From a virus (taxonomy: Duplodnaviria > Caudoviricetes), in IMG/VR virus record IMGVR_UViG_2561511128_000006, positions 8,418-72,417 of that record: a stretch of 64,000 nt of DNA. One strand, written 5' to 3'. Shown in pieces: positions 36,958 to 46,843 of the stretch. Numbering within the stretch: the stretch's first letter is position 1; each line of letters starts with the position of its first letter. The translations under genes were made by a program, and so were the position numbers. Under the pieces are notes generated by a model. The model was not told where the DNA came from, did no database searches, and worked only from the letters and a program-made list of their open reading frames with translations.

Positions 36958-37088
36958 GCCGGAACCTCGCGACGTTGCACGAAATGCAAACAGTGTACGG
37001 CCTGTCCGATGCCTACGAGCTGATGGAAATCATCGCCGTGGACGGACATAACCAACGCCTCTGGAGCAGATTCAATGAACGCAGGTGA
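36852..37088 (+). other. -1 programmed frameshift extension (G-T)
   Basis: Slippage at T6G enters the open frame 36825-37088, which ends at the tape measure start. Confidence 0.72.
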
Positions 37089-38877
37089 ACTCGTCGTCAG
37101 CCTCTTGCTGAAAGCAGGTGATTTTAAAGCGCAGGTGCAGGCCGCACAGGAGCGGCTGGACGGCGTGCAGGCCGCAGCCGTTGACGCGGGGCGCGCGACA
37201 TATGACGCAGGTGCCAAAGGTGCCCAAGGGCTTGACCAGTCTGCCGATGCCGCCTCTTCGTTGCAGGCCGCCTTTGAGGAAGCCGTGCAAAAAGGCCGCG
37301 AAATCAGCGAGGTTACGAAAGAGTATCAGCGGATGCGCGAGGAGCTTATCCGCACCGGAGCGGCAAAAGAACGTCTTGAGGCCCTTGATGCCGCCGCGAA
37401 AAGATTGGGCGTTTCGCTGAAAGACGCAGCGGACACCGGCGCACTCAGCTTTGAAAATCTTAAAGGAACACTCACGAAGGTTCTTGGGGTGATTGGTGGT
37501 GTTGCCTTTATCAAAAGCCAATTCGCGGAGTTTACCGAAGCAGCCCTTGAAGTGGATACGGCGAGCAAGACTCTGGGGATGGACATCAAAGAGTTCCAAG
37601 GCTGGCAGAATGCAGCGGAAAAAGTCGGGCTTGAGACGCGAGATCTGGTTCAGCTTTTCGGTGACGTCAGCGACCGGATGTATGACGCCGTTCTCCATGA
37701 CTCCGGTCCGTTCAAGGATGCCGTTGACGATATTGGAATCTCGCTCAAAGGCGTTAAAGAAGGGGCCACTTCATCCGCGGATATACTTTTGCAATTTGCC
37801 AGAGCTGTAGAAAAAATGCCGAAAGACAAAGCGCACGGCCTTCTCACTCAGTACAGCTTCGATCCTGAAAGCATCAAACTCATTATGATGGGGGAAAAAG
37901 AGCTTGAAAAGCTGATCAAAACGGGAAAGGAGAAAGTTAGGTTTGACAAGCAAGATATTGAGAACGCGAAGAAGCAGAAAGAAGCCCAGCAGCGTCTCAA
38001 AAATGCATGGGAGGCTATCTCAGCTCTTTTTTCCAGTATAGTGTCTCCAGCTATTACGCTCTTGACAGAGTTACTTGGCGACCTCCTCGGGTGGGTGAAA
38101 GAAAACAAGCAGTTCGTGATCCTCTTTTTTACTGGGCTGGCCGGGGTCATCACGACGCTCATGCTCCCGGCCCTGACCGCGATGGCGACTGCGGCATGGG
38201 CTGCGATTGCCCCGTTTGCGCCGTTGATTGCAATCGTAGGTGCGGTTGCGCTGGTTATCGATGATCTCATCACTTACATCCAAGGCGGTGAGTCCGCTTT
38301 TGGAGATTTTTGGAAGATGTTCGGTGAAGGGGACGAGCTTGGGGCGCGGTTCAAGTCTCTATGGGAAGGCATCAAAAGTATCCTTGCAAGCGTGGGCGCC
38401 GCGCTGAAAGCCGTTGCGAAATTCTTCATCCTTATCTTTTCGTTGACTGGACAGGGTGTCGTCAAGGCAGTCGAAGGAATCTGGAAAGGTGTCACCAAGC
38501 TTTATGATGTACTTAGATCGATGTTAGATTGGGTAGCAAAAAAACTCTACAACCTGCTTCCAGATTGGATCAAAAAATGGCTCGGCGGTGATGAATCTTC
38601 GCGCCCGGAAGAAGAAAAGACAGAGGCCAAGCTCGGCGGCGTTGCCGATTCGATGCGGGTTGGTGATGCGCGTCCGTCTATTCTGCCGCCGCAGGTGCGC
38701 GCGGGTGATGCGCGCCCGGAAAGCGTGAGCAACGTCAACAACTCAAGTCGGCAAACGGTATTCAACAATGATATTGAAATCGTCACGCAGGCGACGGACG
38801 GTCAAGGCCTTGCACAAGAGCTAGACCGGACATGGCGCAATCAAACCGCGCAGGCAGACAGCGCATTCGGGTACTGA
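37075..38877 (+). CDS. Tape measure protein
   Basis: 600 aa, Ala/helical, Trp-Phe periodic repeats; synteny. Confidence 0.88.
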   Translation: MNAGELVVSLLLKAGDFKAQVQAAQERLDGVQAAAVDAGRATYDAGAKGAQGLDQSADAASSLQAAFEEAVQKGREISEVTKEYQRMREELIRTGAAKERLEALDAAAKRLGVSLKDAADTGALSFENLKGTLTKVLGVIGGVAFIKSQFAEFTEAALEVDTASKTLGMDIKEFQGWQNAAEKVGLETRDLVQLFGDVSDRMYDAVLHDSGPFKDAVDDIGISLKGVKEGATSSADILLQFARAVEKMPKDKAHGLLTQYSFDPESIKLIMMGEKELEKLIKTGKEKVRFDKQDIENAKKQKEAQQRLKNAWEAISALFSSIVSPAITLLTELLGDLLGWVKENKQFVILFFTGLAGVITTLMLPALTAMATAAWAAIAPFAPLIAIVGAVALVIDDLITYIQGGESAFGDFWKMFGEGDELGARFKSLWEGIKSILASVGAALKAVAKFFILIFSLTGQGVVKAVEGIWKGVTKLYDVLRSMLDWVAKKLYNLLPDWIKKWLGGDESSRPEEEKTEAKLGGVADSMRVGDARPSILPPQVRAGDARPESVSNVNNSSRQTVFNNDIEIVTQATDGQGLAQELDRTWRNQTAQADSAFGY

Positions 38878-38878
38878 C

Positions 38879-39436
38879 ATGGCATTCGGCTCGCTCCCGC
38901 CGGGACAGCCCGGAAACTGGTCGATTTTCGATAAAGACGGCGCCAAGGCCCTCGACTTCGACACGTTCTTTTCCTGCTCGATCAAGTCCGAGAACAAAAT
39001 CAGCTCCAACCCTGTCGAGAAAGGGAGTTTCGCGGATTACAACAAAATCGCTTCTCCCACGGCGGTGTCGGTCGTGATGGGCCGCACGGGGAAGAGCGAC
39101 GAGCTTGCGGCTTTTCTGGAGGCGCTGGACAAGCTGGCGGAAAGCACCGACCTCGTGAGCATCGTCACCCCGGAAAAAACGTTTCTCGACTACAACCTTG
39201 TCTCCTACGACTACGACCGCAAGGCCGAAAACGGTGTGGACAGGCTGCTTGTGGGGATCATGCTGCAAGAGATCCGGCAGGTCGAGCCGCAGTACAGCAA
39301 CGAAACCATAAAGCCGATCAGCAAGGCGCAGGCCAAAAATCCGACTGATGCCAGTACGACGGATGCAGGGAAACAGCAGGGGCAGACGACGCAAAAAAGC
39401 ACACTGAAAAAGCTGGGCGAGGGGATTTTCGGATGA
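38879..39436 (+). CDS. Baseplate / tube-initiator protein
   Basis: SNPVEKGSF.DYNK motif; follows the TMP. Confidence 0.75.
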   Translation: MAFGSLPPGQPGNWSIFDKDGAKALDFDTFFSCSIKSENKISSNPVEKGSFADYNKIASPTAVSVVMGRTGKSDELAAFLEALDKLAESTDLVSIVTPEKTFLDYNLVSYDYDRKAENGVDRLLVGIMLQEIRQVEPQYSNETIKPISKAQAKNPTDASTTDAGKQQGQTTQKSTLKKLGEGIFG

Positions 39437-39735
39437 TGACCGTACCGCTCCGGCATGAGCCGAACCAGAGCCTCCAGATTGTGCTTGGGGAACAGAACTG
39501 CACCCTCCGGTTTATCTCCCGAGGCGTGAACCTGTACTGCGACCTTGCCATTGACCAGACGGTCATCTGGTCTGGGTTCATCTGCCGTAACCTCGTCGGC
39601 TTGAAGCTGTACGACTATCTCGCCTTCCGGGGGCAGCTCTACTTTGTCGATATGCAAAAGGAAGAGGATCCGCACTGGTCGGGCCTCGGCGACCGATTCC
39701 AGCTCGTTTATGTCGAAGAAGGGGAAACGCTGTGA
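39433..39735 (+). CDS. Small baseplate protein
   Basis: PNQSLQIVL...C.L pattern; synteny. Confidence 0.72.
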   Translation: MMTVPLRHEPNQSLQIVLGEQNCTLRFISRGVNLYCDLAIDQTVIWSGFICRNLVGLKLYDYLAFRGQLYFVDMQKEEDPHWSGLGDRFQLVYVEEGETL

Positions 39736-40634
39736 ACACGAGCTTCACCAAAAAGCTGCTTGAAGCGCACATCACGCTCGCCGAGGGCGGCTTCAACACG
39801 GCTACCGGGCAAGGTGCGAATACCAAGATCATCCGGCTCGGAATGGATGTGGACATACAGAAGCCCGGCGGGAAAGAGAAGAACAAGGCCAAAGTCCGTA
39901 TCTTCAACCTGCCCCTTGCCGATATGGAGACGCTGACGACGCTGGCGTTCAAGCCGTTGCAGGCGTCGAAAAACCGCATTGCCGTGTACGCGGGCGATGA
40001 AGAGCACGGGATGTCTCTTGCGTTCTCCGGCGATATCGTGAGCGCCGTTCCGAACTTCAATTCCGCCCCTGATCCCTCTTTCGATATTGAGTGCATCACG
40101 GGATACGTCGCCAGCATCACGCCCGTGCCGCCGTTGACGGCGCAGGGTGCGCAGGACGTTGCCACGCTCATGCAGGGGCTCGCGAAGCAAATGGGGCTCG
40201 CTTTCGTCAACAGGGGCGTGTCCGTTTCCCTTCGCAATGTCGCCCTCGTCGGGGGTCCGATGGAGCAGGCGCAGCAGCTTGCCCACGATGCCCGCATCGA
40301 TCTTATCGTGGACGATGGCGAGATGGTCATCTCCCCTCTTGCGACGCTTCGCAGCGATGACGGCGGCTCGACTCCCGTCTGGTCCGCGAAAAGTGGCATG
40401 ATTGGCTATCCGAGCTTCGACAACGAAGGCGTGACGGTGAAAGGCATCTACGAGTCGAAGCTCCAGCTTGGCGGCCCGGTGCGCATTGAGAGCATCGTCC
40501 CCCGAGCTTCCGGCCTCTGGCAGATCGTGAGCCTGAGCCACAAATTGCAGGCCGGCTACCCCGGCGCAACGCAGTGGGTAAGCCAGATCAAGGCAAGCTA
40601 TCCCGGCGCGAAGCCGAAGAAGGACAAGAAATAA
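39732..40634 (+). CDS. Baseplate hub protein
   Basis: VRIFNL, AFSGDI, SGMIGYP motifs. Confidence 0.8.
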   Translation: MNTSFTKKLLEAHITLAEGGFNTATGQGANTKIIRLGMDVDIQKPGGKEKNKAKVRIFNLPLADMETLTTLAFKPLQASKNRIAVYAGDEEHGMSLAFSGDIVSAVPNFNSAPDPSFDIECITGYVASITPVPPLTAQGAQDVATLMQGLAKQMGLAFVNRGVSVSLRNVALVGGPMEQAQQLAHDARIDLIVDDGEMVISPLATLRSDDGGSTPVWSAKSGMIGYPSFDNEGVTVKGIYESKLQLGGPVRIESIVPRASGLWQIVSLSHKLQAGYPGATQWVSQIKASYPGAKPKKDKK

Positions 40635-41356
40635 TGCAGGGACAACGCGGCCTCTCGACAAATTCCAGCGAGTACAACGCGCAGGACTTCATGATCAGCC
40701 AGATGCTCGGGCGCATCGCAACGGCGGAACCCGTGCGCGTGGTCGCCGTATCCGGTCCGGGTGTCTCTCCGGTAGGCTTCGTCGACGTGCAACCCCTCGT
40801 CAACTTGGTGACGGGCGAACAGAAGGCGCAGGAGCAGAGCGTGCTCTTCAAGCTCCCGTACTTGCGTATCCAGGGCGGGAAAAACGCTCTCGTCATCGAC
40901 CCGCAGCCGGGCGACATCGGCCTCGCCGTCTACGCCATGCGTGACACGGAATCGCTCAAAGAGAGCCGGGGAGTGGATGGGACCGTCAATCCGGGGTCAG
41001 CCCGCGCCATGAACAAAGGCGACGGCTTCTATCTCGGAGGCTTCTTAAACGCCGCGCCGGAACGCTATGTGCTGGTCAACGACGAGGGCGTCACCATCGA
41101 AGGAGTGGCCAAACTGACGATGCACGGGGAAACTTCCGTCCTGACGGCGGAAAATGGCCTCACCATCAACGCCGACGTGCGCATCAACGGATCCTTGACG
41201 TGGACGGGCACGGCGCAGGGTGATGGCGGCCCGGCCCGGTTCTCCGGCGGACTCACGAACGCGGGAGGGACGGTTGAGAGCAACGGTAAGGTCTTGGAAA
41301 ACCATGTTCATACCGGGGTCGAGCCCGGTTCCGGCATATCCGGACAACCACAGTAA
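40634..41356 (+). CDS. Baseplate spike (Gp138/gpV-like)
   Basis: VDVQPL, PGDIGL, C-terminal HVHTGV metal-binding tip. Confidence 0.87.
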   Translation: MQGQRGLSTNSSEYNAQDFMISQMLGRIATAEPVRVVAVSGPGVSPVGFVDVQPLVNLVTGEQKAQEQSVLFKLPYLRIQGGKNALVIDPQPGDIGLAVYAMRDTESLKESRGVDGTVNPGSARAMNKGDGFYLGGFLNAAPERYVLVNDEGVTIEGVAKLTMHGETSVLTAENGLTINADVRINGSLTWTGTAQGDGGPARFSGGLTNAGGTVESNGKVLENHVHTGVEPGSGISGQPQ

Positions 41357-41367
41357 TGGAGGGTGTT

Positions 41368-42141
41368 ATGCCTGATTTTCAGTACCAGCCCCCGACAGGG
41401 CCGCTTTCCGGAAGCGAATTCGAGAGACAATCCACACGGTTCTTTCAGCAAGTGCAGGGAGCCGCAGACACAGCACAGTCTACCGCAATAGCTGCACAGA
41501 TCACTGCAAACGAGGCGATCGAGCGAGCTCAAGCCTCAAACCTTGTCGACGGAAAGACCACGCAGGCCGACACGGGCGGCGTGATCACCGTGAAAGATGT
41601 GGCGATTGGTGGGGATCTCGGGGATCTGGCGAGCGCGCGGGGACAGATTGGTAATTCCAAAACACAGGGGTCGCACGATTTTTCATCCGGGATGCTCAGT
41701 GAAAAACCGGGCATGTACACAGCAATGAACTTTGGTTCCACAAACGTTCCGTTCACTGGGCCTTTTGCAGAAATGATCTTGGGGACGCCTACATACAGAG
41801 GGTCCCTTTTGATAACTTCTGGACGTCATAGTTTCCCCCGCGCCGCTATCAGTGCTATCGATATGGGAGAGGGGGGAGGATTCAGCGGATACACTCGCCT
41901 TATTACCGAACAGCAAATCGGCGACGGACTCACAAACACCAACGGGATCATCTCCGTGCCTGAGTATGACGGCGCGACGGCATCGACCGCCGGAACGTCT
42001 GGCCTCGTACCGCCCGCAGCCGCCGGGCAAGCCAACTACGTGCTCTGTGGCGATGGAGAATGGCGGGACATAGCGACGCTTGTCGCCGCTGCGCAGGCTC
42101 GGCTTGCCGAATCTGTAAAAGCGGAAGAAGGGGCTTTATGA
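41368..42141 (+). CDS. Fibre-like structural protein with divergent central segment
   Basis: VDGKT..DTGGVITV and GATAS.AG..GLVP.P.AG fibre motifs. Confidence 0.65.
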   Translation: MPDFQYQPPTGPLSGSEFERQSTRFFQQVQGAADTAQSTAIAAQITANEAIERAQASNLVDGKTTQADTGGVITVKDVAIGGDLGDLASARGQIGNSKTQGSHDFSSGMLSEKPGMYTAMNFGSTNVPFTGPFAEMILGTPTYRGSLLITSGRHSFPRAAISAIDMGEGGGFSGYTRLITEQQIGDGLTNTNGIISVPEYDGATASTAGTSGLVPPAAAGQANYVLCGDGEWRDIATLVAAAQARLAESVKAEEGAL

Positions 42142-42572
42142 ATTTCCGAGCGGTTCTGAATATCCGCGCGCTGTCTAATATTCGTGATGAAGTGCAAGCA
42201 ACTGCCGAAGTGGTAGATTCGGGGCTCCTATCATTACGTCTTAATGGACAGTGGGATTTGACGCTCTCCGTAGGGGGCAATCTTGCTTCGGCAGGGGGGA
42301 CTATGCGCATCGTGCAGGATGTCGCATCGTATGTACACACATTCCAAGGAGAACCGTACTACGCGCAGCAAGACGGAATCCCGTACTTCATGCGCGAGCT
42401 TGGTTCCCTCCCTCCCGCCGAGCTCGTGCGGGCGCGCTCGAATGCCCGTGCGCTTGAAGTCCCCGGCGTAGCGCAGGCTGATACGCAGCTTTCTCGGCTT
42501 GAAAAACGCATCTTGAGCGGGACGATCCGCATCACCACGGAAACGGGGGAAACCGCAGATGTCGCAGTCTAG
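42138..42572 (+). CDS. Baseplate wedge (gp25-like)
   Basis: F.GE.YY...GIPY motif; precedes the baseplate J-like gene. Confidence 0.75.
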   Translation: MNFRAVLNIRALSNIRDEVQATAEVVDSGLLSLRLNGQWDLTLSVGGNLASAGGTMRIVQDVASYVHTFQGEPYYAQQDGIPYFMRELGSLPPAELVRARSNARALEVPGVAQADTQLSRLEKRILSGTIRITTETGETADVAV

Positions 42573-43812
42573 CATCGATTTTACCGAAAACGGCCCGGTC
42601 GTCCCCGATACCGCGACCGTTCGGGACACTGTCGAAACGAATTGGCAGGCGGCATTCGACAATCGGCTGAACCCGGATCCGGCTACGCCGCAGGGACAGC
42701 TCATTGCCTCAGAAACGGCTATCGTGCAGGACAAGAACAGCCAACTTTTGTTCCTCGCGAATATGTTCAACCCCGAGACTGCGGAGGGTATCTATCAAGA
42801 CGCGCTCGCCAAAATCTACTTCCTGACCAGGCAGCCTGCACGCTCCACAGTTGTTCCGTGTGTCTGTACGGGGCTTCCCGGTACAGTCATTCCCGGCATC
42901 GGCAGCGACGCCCCGGCGCTCGCGAAAGATGCGGACGGGAATGTTTTGATCTGCCAGACAGGAGGCACGATCCCGCAGTCCGGCAGCATCGTTTTGGAGT
43001 TCGCCTGTCAGGTTCCGGGGCCGATTGAAATCCGGCAGGGAACCGTGACTACGATTGTACGTACCATCCCCGGGTGGGATACGATCACAAACGCCGATGG
43101 GATCACCGGACAAAACGTCGAGAGCCGGGCCGCGTTCGAGTCCCGGCGCTACGCCAGCGTCGCGAAGAACGCCCGGAGCGTCGCCGCCGCCGTCTATGCC
43201 AACGTCGGCGATCTGGATGGCGTGCTTGATGTCTGTGTGCGCGAGAACAAAACCAGCGCGCCGCTTGAAGTGCAGGGCGTTACGCTCAAGCCGCACTCAA
43301 TCTATGTGGCGGTCGTCGGCAGCGCGACGGATAGTGATATTGCTGAGGCCATTTACGCCCGTTGTTCAGCCGGATGTGATTACAACGGCAACACCAGCGT
43401 CACTGTGACCGATCCGGTAACCGGAGCGGTCGAGACGGTACTCTTTGAGCGCCCGGAATCGCTCCCGGTGGGCATTCAGGTGACTATCCGCAAAAATGCC
43501 TCAATGCCGAGCAACGTCGAAGAACTCATCAAAACCGCCGTTGTCGCCGAATTCTACGGAGAAACCGCTGATGCCTGCGGAAATACGGGCCAGCGCGTTC
43601 ATATCGGGGATACGGTGTATGCAAGCCGCTTTTATTCCGCCGTGCTCGGAACGGGCGTCACCGACTTGGTGAGTATCGAAATCGCGGCGCCCGTCGGTGA
43701 AGGTTCGCCAACGTGGGGCGACTACATCACCATTAATATAGATGAAGCCCCCACGCTCGTCTCCGACAACGTCACGGTGAACATTTTTGAGGCGAGGCCA
43801 GGCCGTGGATAA
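42559..43812 (+). CDS. Baseplate J-like protein
   Basis: TPQGQL, NMFNP..A.G..QD.L, VPGPI..G, ESRAAF..RR. Confidence 0.88.
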   Translation: MSQSSIDFTENGPVVPDTATVRDTVETNWQAAFDNRLNPDPATPQGQLIASETAIVQDKNSQLLFLANMFNPETAEGIYQDALAKIYFLTRQPARSTVVPCVCTGLPGTVIPGIGSDAPALAKDADGNVLICQTGGTIPQSGSIVLEFACQVPGPIEIRQGTVTTIVRTIPGWDTITNADGITGQNVESRAAFESRRYASVAKNARSVAAAVYANVGDLDGVLDVCVRENKTSAPLEVQGVTLKPHSIYVAVVGSATDSDIAEAIYARCSAGCDYNGNTSVTVTDPVTGAVETVLFERPESLPVGIQVTIRKNASMPSNVEELIKTAVVAEFYGETADACGNTGQRVHIGDTVYASRFYSAVLGTGVTDLVSIEIAAPVGEGSPTWGDYITINIDEAPTLVSDNVTVNIFEARPGRG

Positions 43813-44470
43813 CTGGCGCGAAACGATACTTTCGCAGTACGACAACTCTGAACGGTTGCTGGCGCTCATCGAATCGATGAATACCGCCATTGAGCCCACG
43901 GCTGATATTGCGGCGTTCTATGAGGCCGTCTTTGACCCTGAAACGGCGGTCGGATGGGGGCTTGACGTGTGGGGGCACATCGTTGCCATTCCGCGCACGA
44001 TTTCAGTGGATGCAACGGGCATCAAACCGTTCGGTTTTGCGGGGGCAAACCTCAGCAACTTCGGGCACGGCCCGTTTGCATATGAGAGCAAATCGAACAC
44101 GTTCATACTTCAAGATAACGCATATCATCTTTTGATCTGGATGAAAGCAGCTTCGAACATCACCGACGGCAGCCTCCTAGATTTGAACAAGATCGTTCAT
44201 TGGCTTTTCTCGGATCGCGGTCATATTGCCGTCGTGCATGTCGGAACGATGAAAATACGCTACGTTATCGGCTTCAAGCTCCAGCCATACGAGCGTGCGC
44301 TTCTCCTGCGCGATGACGTTCCCCCAAAGCCTGCGGGCGTCGGCTATGACGTCTATCAAGTCATCCCGAAACATACCTTCGGTTTCGCCGGATCCGGCGG
44401 TCAGAATTTCAACAACGGCGTTTTTCAGCCGTATGGAGGCCCTGTAGATGCCTATTCCCTCGACTCCTAG
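43805..44470 (+). CDS. DUF2612 baseplate protein
   Basis: ILSQY.NS.RL, TA.GWGLD.WG.IV, PKPAGV. Confidence 0.85.
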   Translation: MDNWRETILSQYDNSERLLALIESMNTAIEPTADIAAFYEAVFDPETAVGWGLDVWGHIVAIPRTISVDATGIKPFGFAGANLSNFGHGPFAYESKSNTFILQDNAYHLLIWMKAASNITDGSLLDLNKIVHWLFSDRGHIAVVHVGTMKIRYVIGFKLQPYERALLLRDDVPPKPAGVGYDVYQVIPKHTFGFAGSGGQNFNNGVFQPYGGPVDAYSLDS

Positions 44471-45734
44471 CATCATGCCCAACGTCTTGGGATATGCAGC
44501 GGATACCGTGCAGATCCCTGAGACGACCCCGACAGGTCAAGGTATTCCTTCTTTCCGGGATCTCTTTCCGTTCATCACGCAGGTCGACCCGGACGCGGGC
44601 GGCGTCATGGTTGAAAGAGCGTGGATGAACGCGCTTTTCAACTTGCTTGGTCAACACGCCTTTTTCCAACAATCCGGATGCGTCTACCCGTGGCAAGCTA
44701 CGCTGAACTATATCGCAGGCTCTCATGTTAAAGGAAGTGATGATGTCGAGTACATCGCGTTGCAACCTTCCGGGCCAGATGTATCGGGAACTGGAGCAAA
44801 AGACCCTGCACAGCAAGCAAACCGCGCGTACTGGGTTTCGCTTGCATCTTTTGTCTCCGGCGACTTTGTTCCAGATTCGCGGCGGGTCATCGCCGGAACG
44901 GGGCTCACTGGCGGCGGGCCGCTCTCCGCTGACGTGACTCTCGCGGCGAAGCTGACCGACAGCGTGAGCTCGACAGATTCGACGACGGCTGCATCGGCAA
45001 CTGCTGTCAAGACTGCATACGATGCCGCACAGTCCAAATTGCCCCTGTCCGGCGGGACGGTGACCGGCAATCTTTCGATCAAGAATATGCTTGATACCAT
45101 CGGGACTGCGCCAGCTACGGAGCAAGAACTTGGGCTGTACAATCTCGATAAAAATGGCAATATCATGGGAGGCCATGATTTTGTACATAGTACGGGGAAC
45201 CTTAAAGTTTCTCAGATGTATGCTCGAAACAGTAACGGGTTGATCTCTTCGCTTGGCGTTTACGTCTCAGAAGACGGAATGCGGTATACGTTGTCGTCAC
45301 ACGATTTAGTCTTGACGAGCGATGTCAGAATTAGTCGGTTATTTGCTGATAATGTTAGACTGATAGTCTTTTCCGGAAATGTCTCCAATGCTGGCTATGC
45401 TATGCGTTACTCTCCGGACACCGGAGAACTCTATCTTGACGGTAGGGCGGTTCACGGAAAGGCAGATACTGCTGGGAACGCTGATACTGCAAACTATGCA
45501 AACAGCGCAGGGTCAGCTCTGATAGCCGCTCCAGCCGTGCAATGGGTCGTCAATCTCTCAGGTCCGCAAATCACCGTGCCGTCCGGTGGTACATATAATG
45601 TCGTGTGTATCTGCTTCAACGACAGTGGCGGCAAAGGCGCTGTGAAGCACTACCCCAATACTGCCGGGGGCACAGTCATCCAGAACGCACCCACAGACTA
45701 CATGGTCGCCGGGCTTTGTGCTCGTGTTGCATAA
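44448..45734 (+). CDS. Tail fibre protein
   Basis: GTGLTGGG, SVSSTDSTTAAS..AVK.AYD, LPLSGGTVTG fibre motifs. Confidence 0.88.
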   Translation: MPIPSTPSIMPNVLGYAADTVQIPETTPTGQGIPSFRDLFPFITQVDPDAGGVMVERAWMNALFNLLGQHAFFQQSGCVYPWQATLNYIAGSHVKGSDDVEYIALQPSGPDVSGTGAKDPAQQANRAYWVSLASFVSGDFVPDSRRVIAGTGLTGGGPLSADVTLAAKLTDSVSSTDSTTAASATAVKTAYDAAQSKLPLSGGTVTGNLSIKNMLDTIGTAPATEQELGLYNLDKNGNIMGGHDFVHSTGNLKVSQMYARNSNGLISSLGVYVSEDGMRYTLSSHDLVLTSDVRISRLFADNVRLIVFSGNVSNAGYAMRYSPDTGELYLDGRAVHGKADTAGNADTANYANSAGSALIAAPAVQWVVNLSGPQITVPSGGTYNVVCICFNDSGGKGAVKHYPNTAGGTVIQNAPTDYMVAGLCARVA

Positions 45735-45746
45735 AAAGAGGGTAAA

Positions 45747-46148
45747 ATGATTGATTTTTCGCATATTATCCACCGAACCGTTGACGATTCATACGTTATT
45801 ACAAAGAACGGGAAACTATACCACGTCTATCCCTATGCCGCCGAGTTCGCGGAGGAATGGGACGCCGTGTTCGCCTACGCCGAGGCGCATCCCGAATGCG
45901 TGACTGAGGAACAGCCGTACACGCCGCCCATACCGACGACCGAAGAACTCGCGGCTAGCGTACGCGCCGAGCGTGATAGGCGCATTACCGCAACCGATTA
46001 CCTTGTCATGCTGGACTATCCTCTTGATACTGACAAGCTTGAAGAGATCAAGGTCTATCGGCAAGCGCTCCGCGATTTGCCGCAACAGCCGGGATTTCCG
46101 TGGAATGGGCCGGATGATCCGGCGTGTCCGTGGCCTGTAGAGCCGTGA
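45747..46148 (+). CDS. Tail fibre assembly chaperone
   Basis: VRAERDRRI..TDY...DYP...YRQALRDLPQQPGFP. Confidence 0.87.
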   Translation: MIDFSHIIHRTVDDSYVITKNGKLYHVYPYAAEFAEEWDAVFAYAEAHPECVTEEQPYTPPIPTTEELAASVRAERDRRITATDYLVMLDYPLDTDKLEEIKVYRQALRDLPQQPGFPWNGPDDPACPWPVEP

Positions 46149-46200
46149 TTTGCAAAAATCGTAGGCATGGCTAGACTCTTTAGAAACAAGGAGGAAGGTC

Positions 46201-46431
46201 ATGCCACTACCCATGCCCGAAGAAGAGGAAAACTTGCGTTGCCCACACGGTGAGCGCGTTCAAGCCCTGATGCTGTGTTCTCTGGATTGTGCCGTGTCGG
46301 GGGCACATCCCGACAGAAAGGCAAAAGCCGATGGTCGGTTCATCATCACGCCGTGGTGGTGCCTGAACAAATGCAGGTGGCTGCCTGAGCACCGGGATGA
46401 GATCCGATTCGTGGCGAAAAAGCCGGATTGA
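46201..46431 (+). CDS. Small Cys-containing hypothetical protein
   Basis: AAGGAGG RBS. Confidence 0.6.
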   Translation: MPLPMPEEEENLRCPHGERVQALMLCSLDCAVSGAHPDRKAKADGRFIITPWWCLNKCRWLPEHRDEIRFVAKKPD

Positions 46432-46494
46432 AGACACAAAAAATCCCCCTCCCATGTTCTGCCCCTGATGAGGCATATTATGAGAGGGGGATTT

Positions 46495-46518
46495 TCTATA
46501 CGTGATTCTATGCGTGAT
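46495..46518. repeat. Tandem 12-bp repeat, candidate integrase arm site of prophage 1
   Basis: TCTATACGTGAT TCTATGCGTGAT about 90 bp from the att core. Confidence 0.55.
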
Positions 46519-46609
46519 TTACTTTGTGTAGATGTTTGGTGTATACCAGTTTGTACCGTAATATCCTTTGTTTTTAGCTAAATGCGTATGTATAGATACC
46601 CATGCACAA

Positions 46610-46668
46610 GATTGGAAATCGTGTGTACTCAAAAGGTACCGGGAGTTCGAATCTCCCCCTCTCCGCCA
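46610..46668 (+). pseudogene. 3' fragment of tRNA-Ser(GGA), att junction (attR of prophage 1 / left end of prophage 2)
   Basis: TTGGAAA anticodon loop, long variable arm, GTTCGAATC T-loop, CTCTCCGCCA end; 5' half and left anticodon stem missing. Confidence 0.9.
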
Positions 46669-46682
46669 TTAGAAGTAATTTC

Positions 46683-46728
46683 AAGTGCCGCCAAGCATCA
46701 TTAAGTGCTTGGCGGCACTTCTTTTTTG
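46683..46728 (+). terminator. Long hairpin terminator after the tRNA fragment
   Basis: AAGTGCCGCCAAGCA/TGCTTGGCGGCACTT + CTTTTTTG. Confidence 0.75.
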
Positions 46729-46795
46729 CCCCTTTCAGGGGCTTTTTTCGTGTTGCCGAATGCCGTTGAGTGAAGTTGACAGCCGCGATTTTTTT

Positions 46796-46842
46796 GGGGC
46801 AACAATAGGGGCAACTATCTACTATACCCATGGAGTTGCCCC
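46796..46842. repeat. GGGGCAAC x2 direct + 1 inverted, candidate arm-type sites of integrase 2
   Basis: 46796-46803, 46808-46815, GTTGCCCC 46835-46842. Confidence 0.6.
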
Positions 46843-46843
46843 A

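Noticed and set aside
44448-46200. Diversity-generating retroelement or invertible tail-fibre switch
   Set aside because: No reverse transcriptase, invertase, TR/VR duplicate or flanking inverted repeats were seen
46580-46668. Intact tRNA-Ser gene
   Set aside because: The 5' acceptor strand, D-arm and left anticodon stem are absent; it is an att remnant
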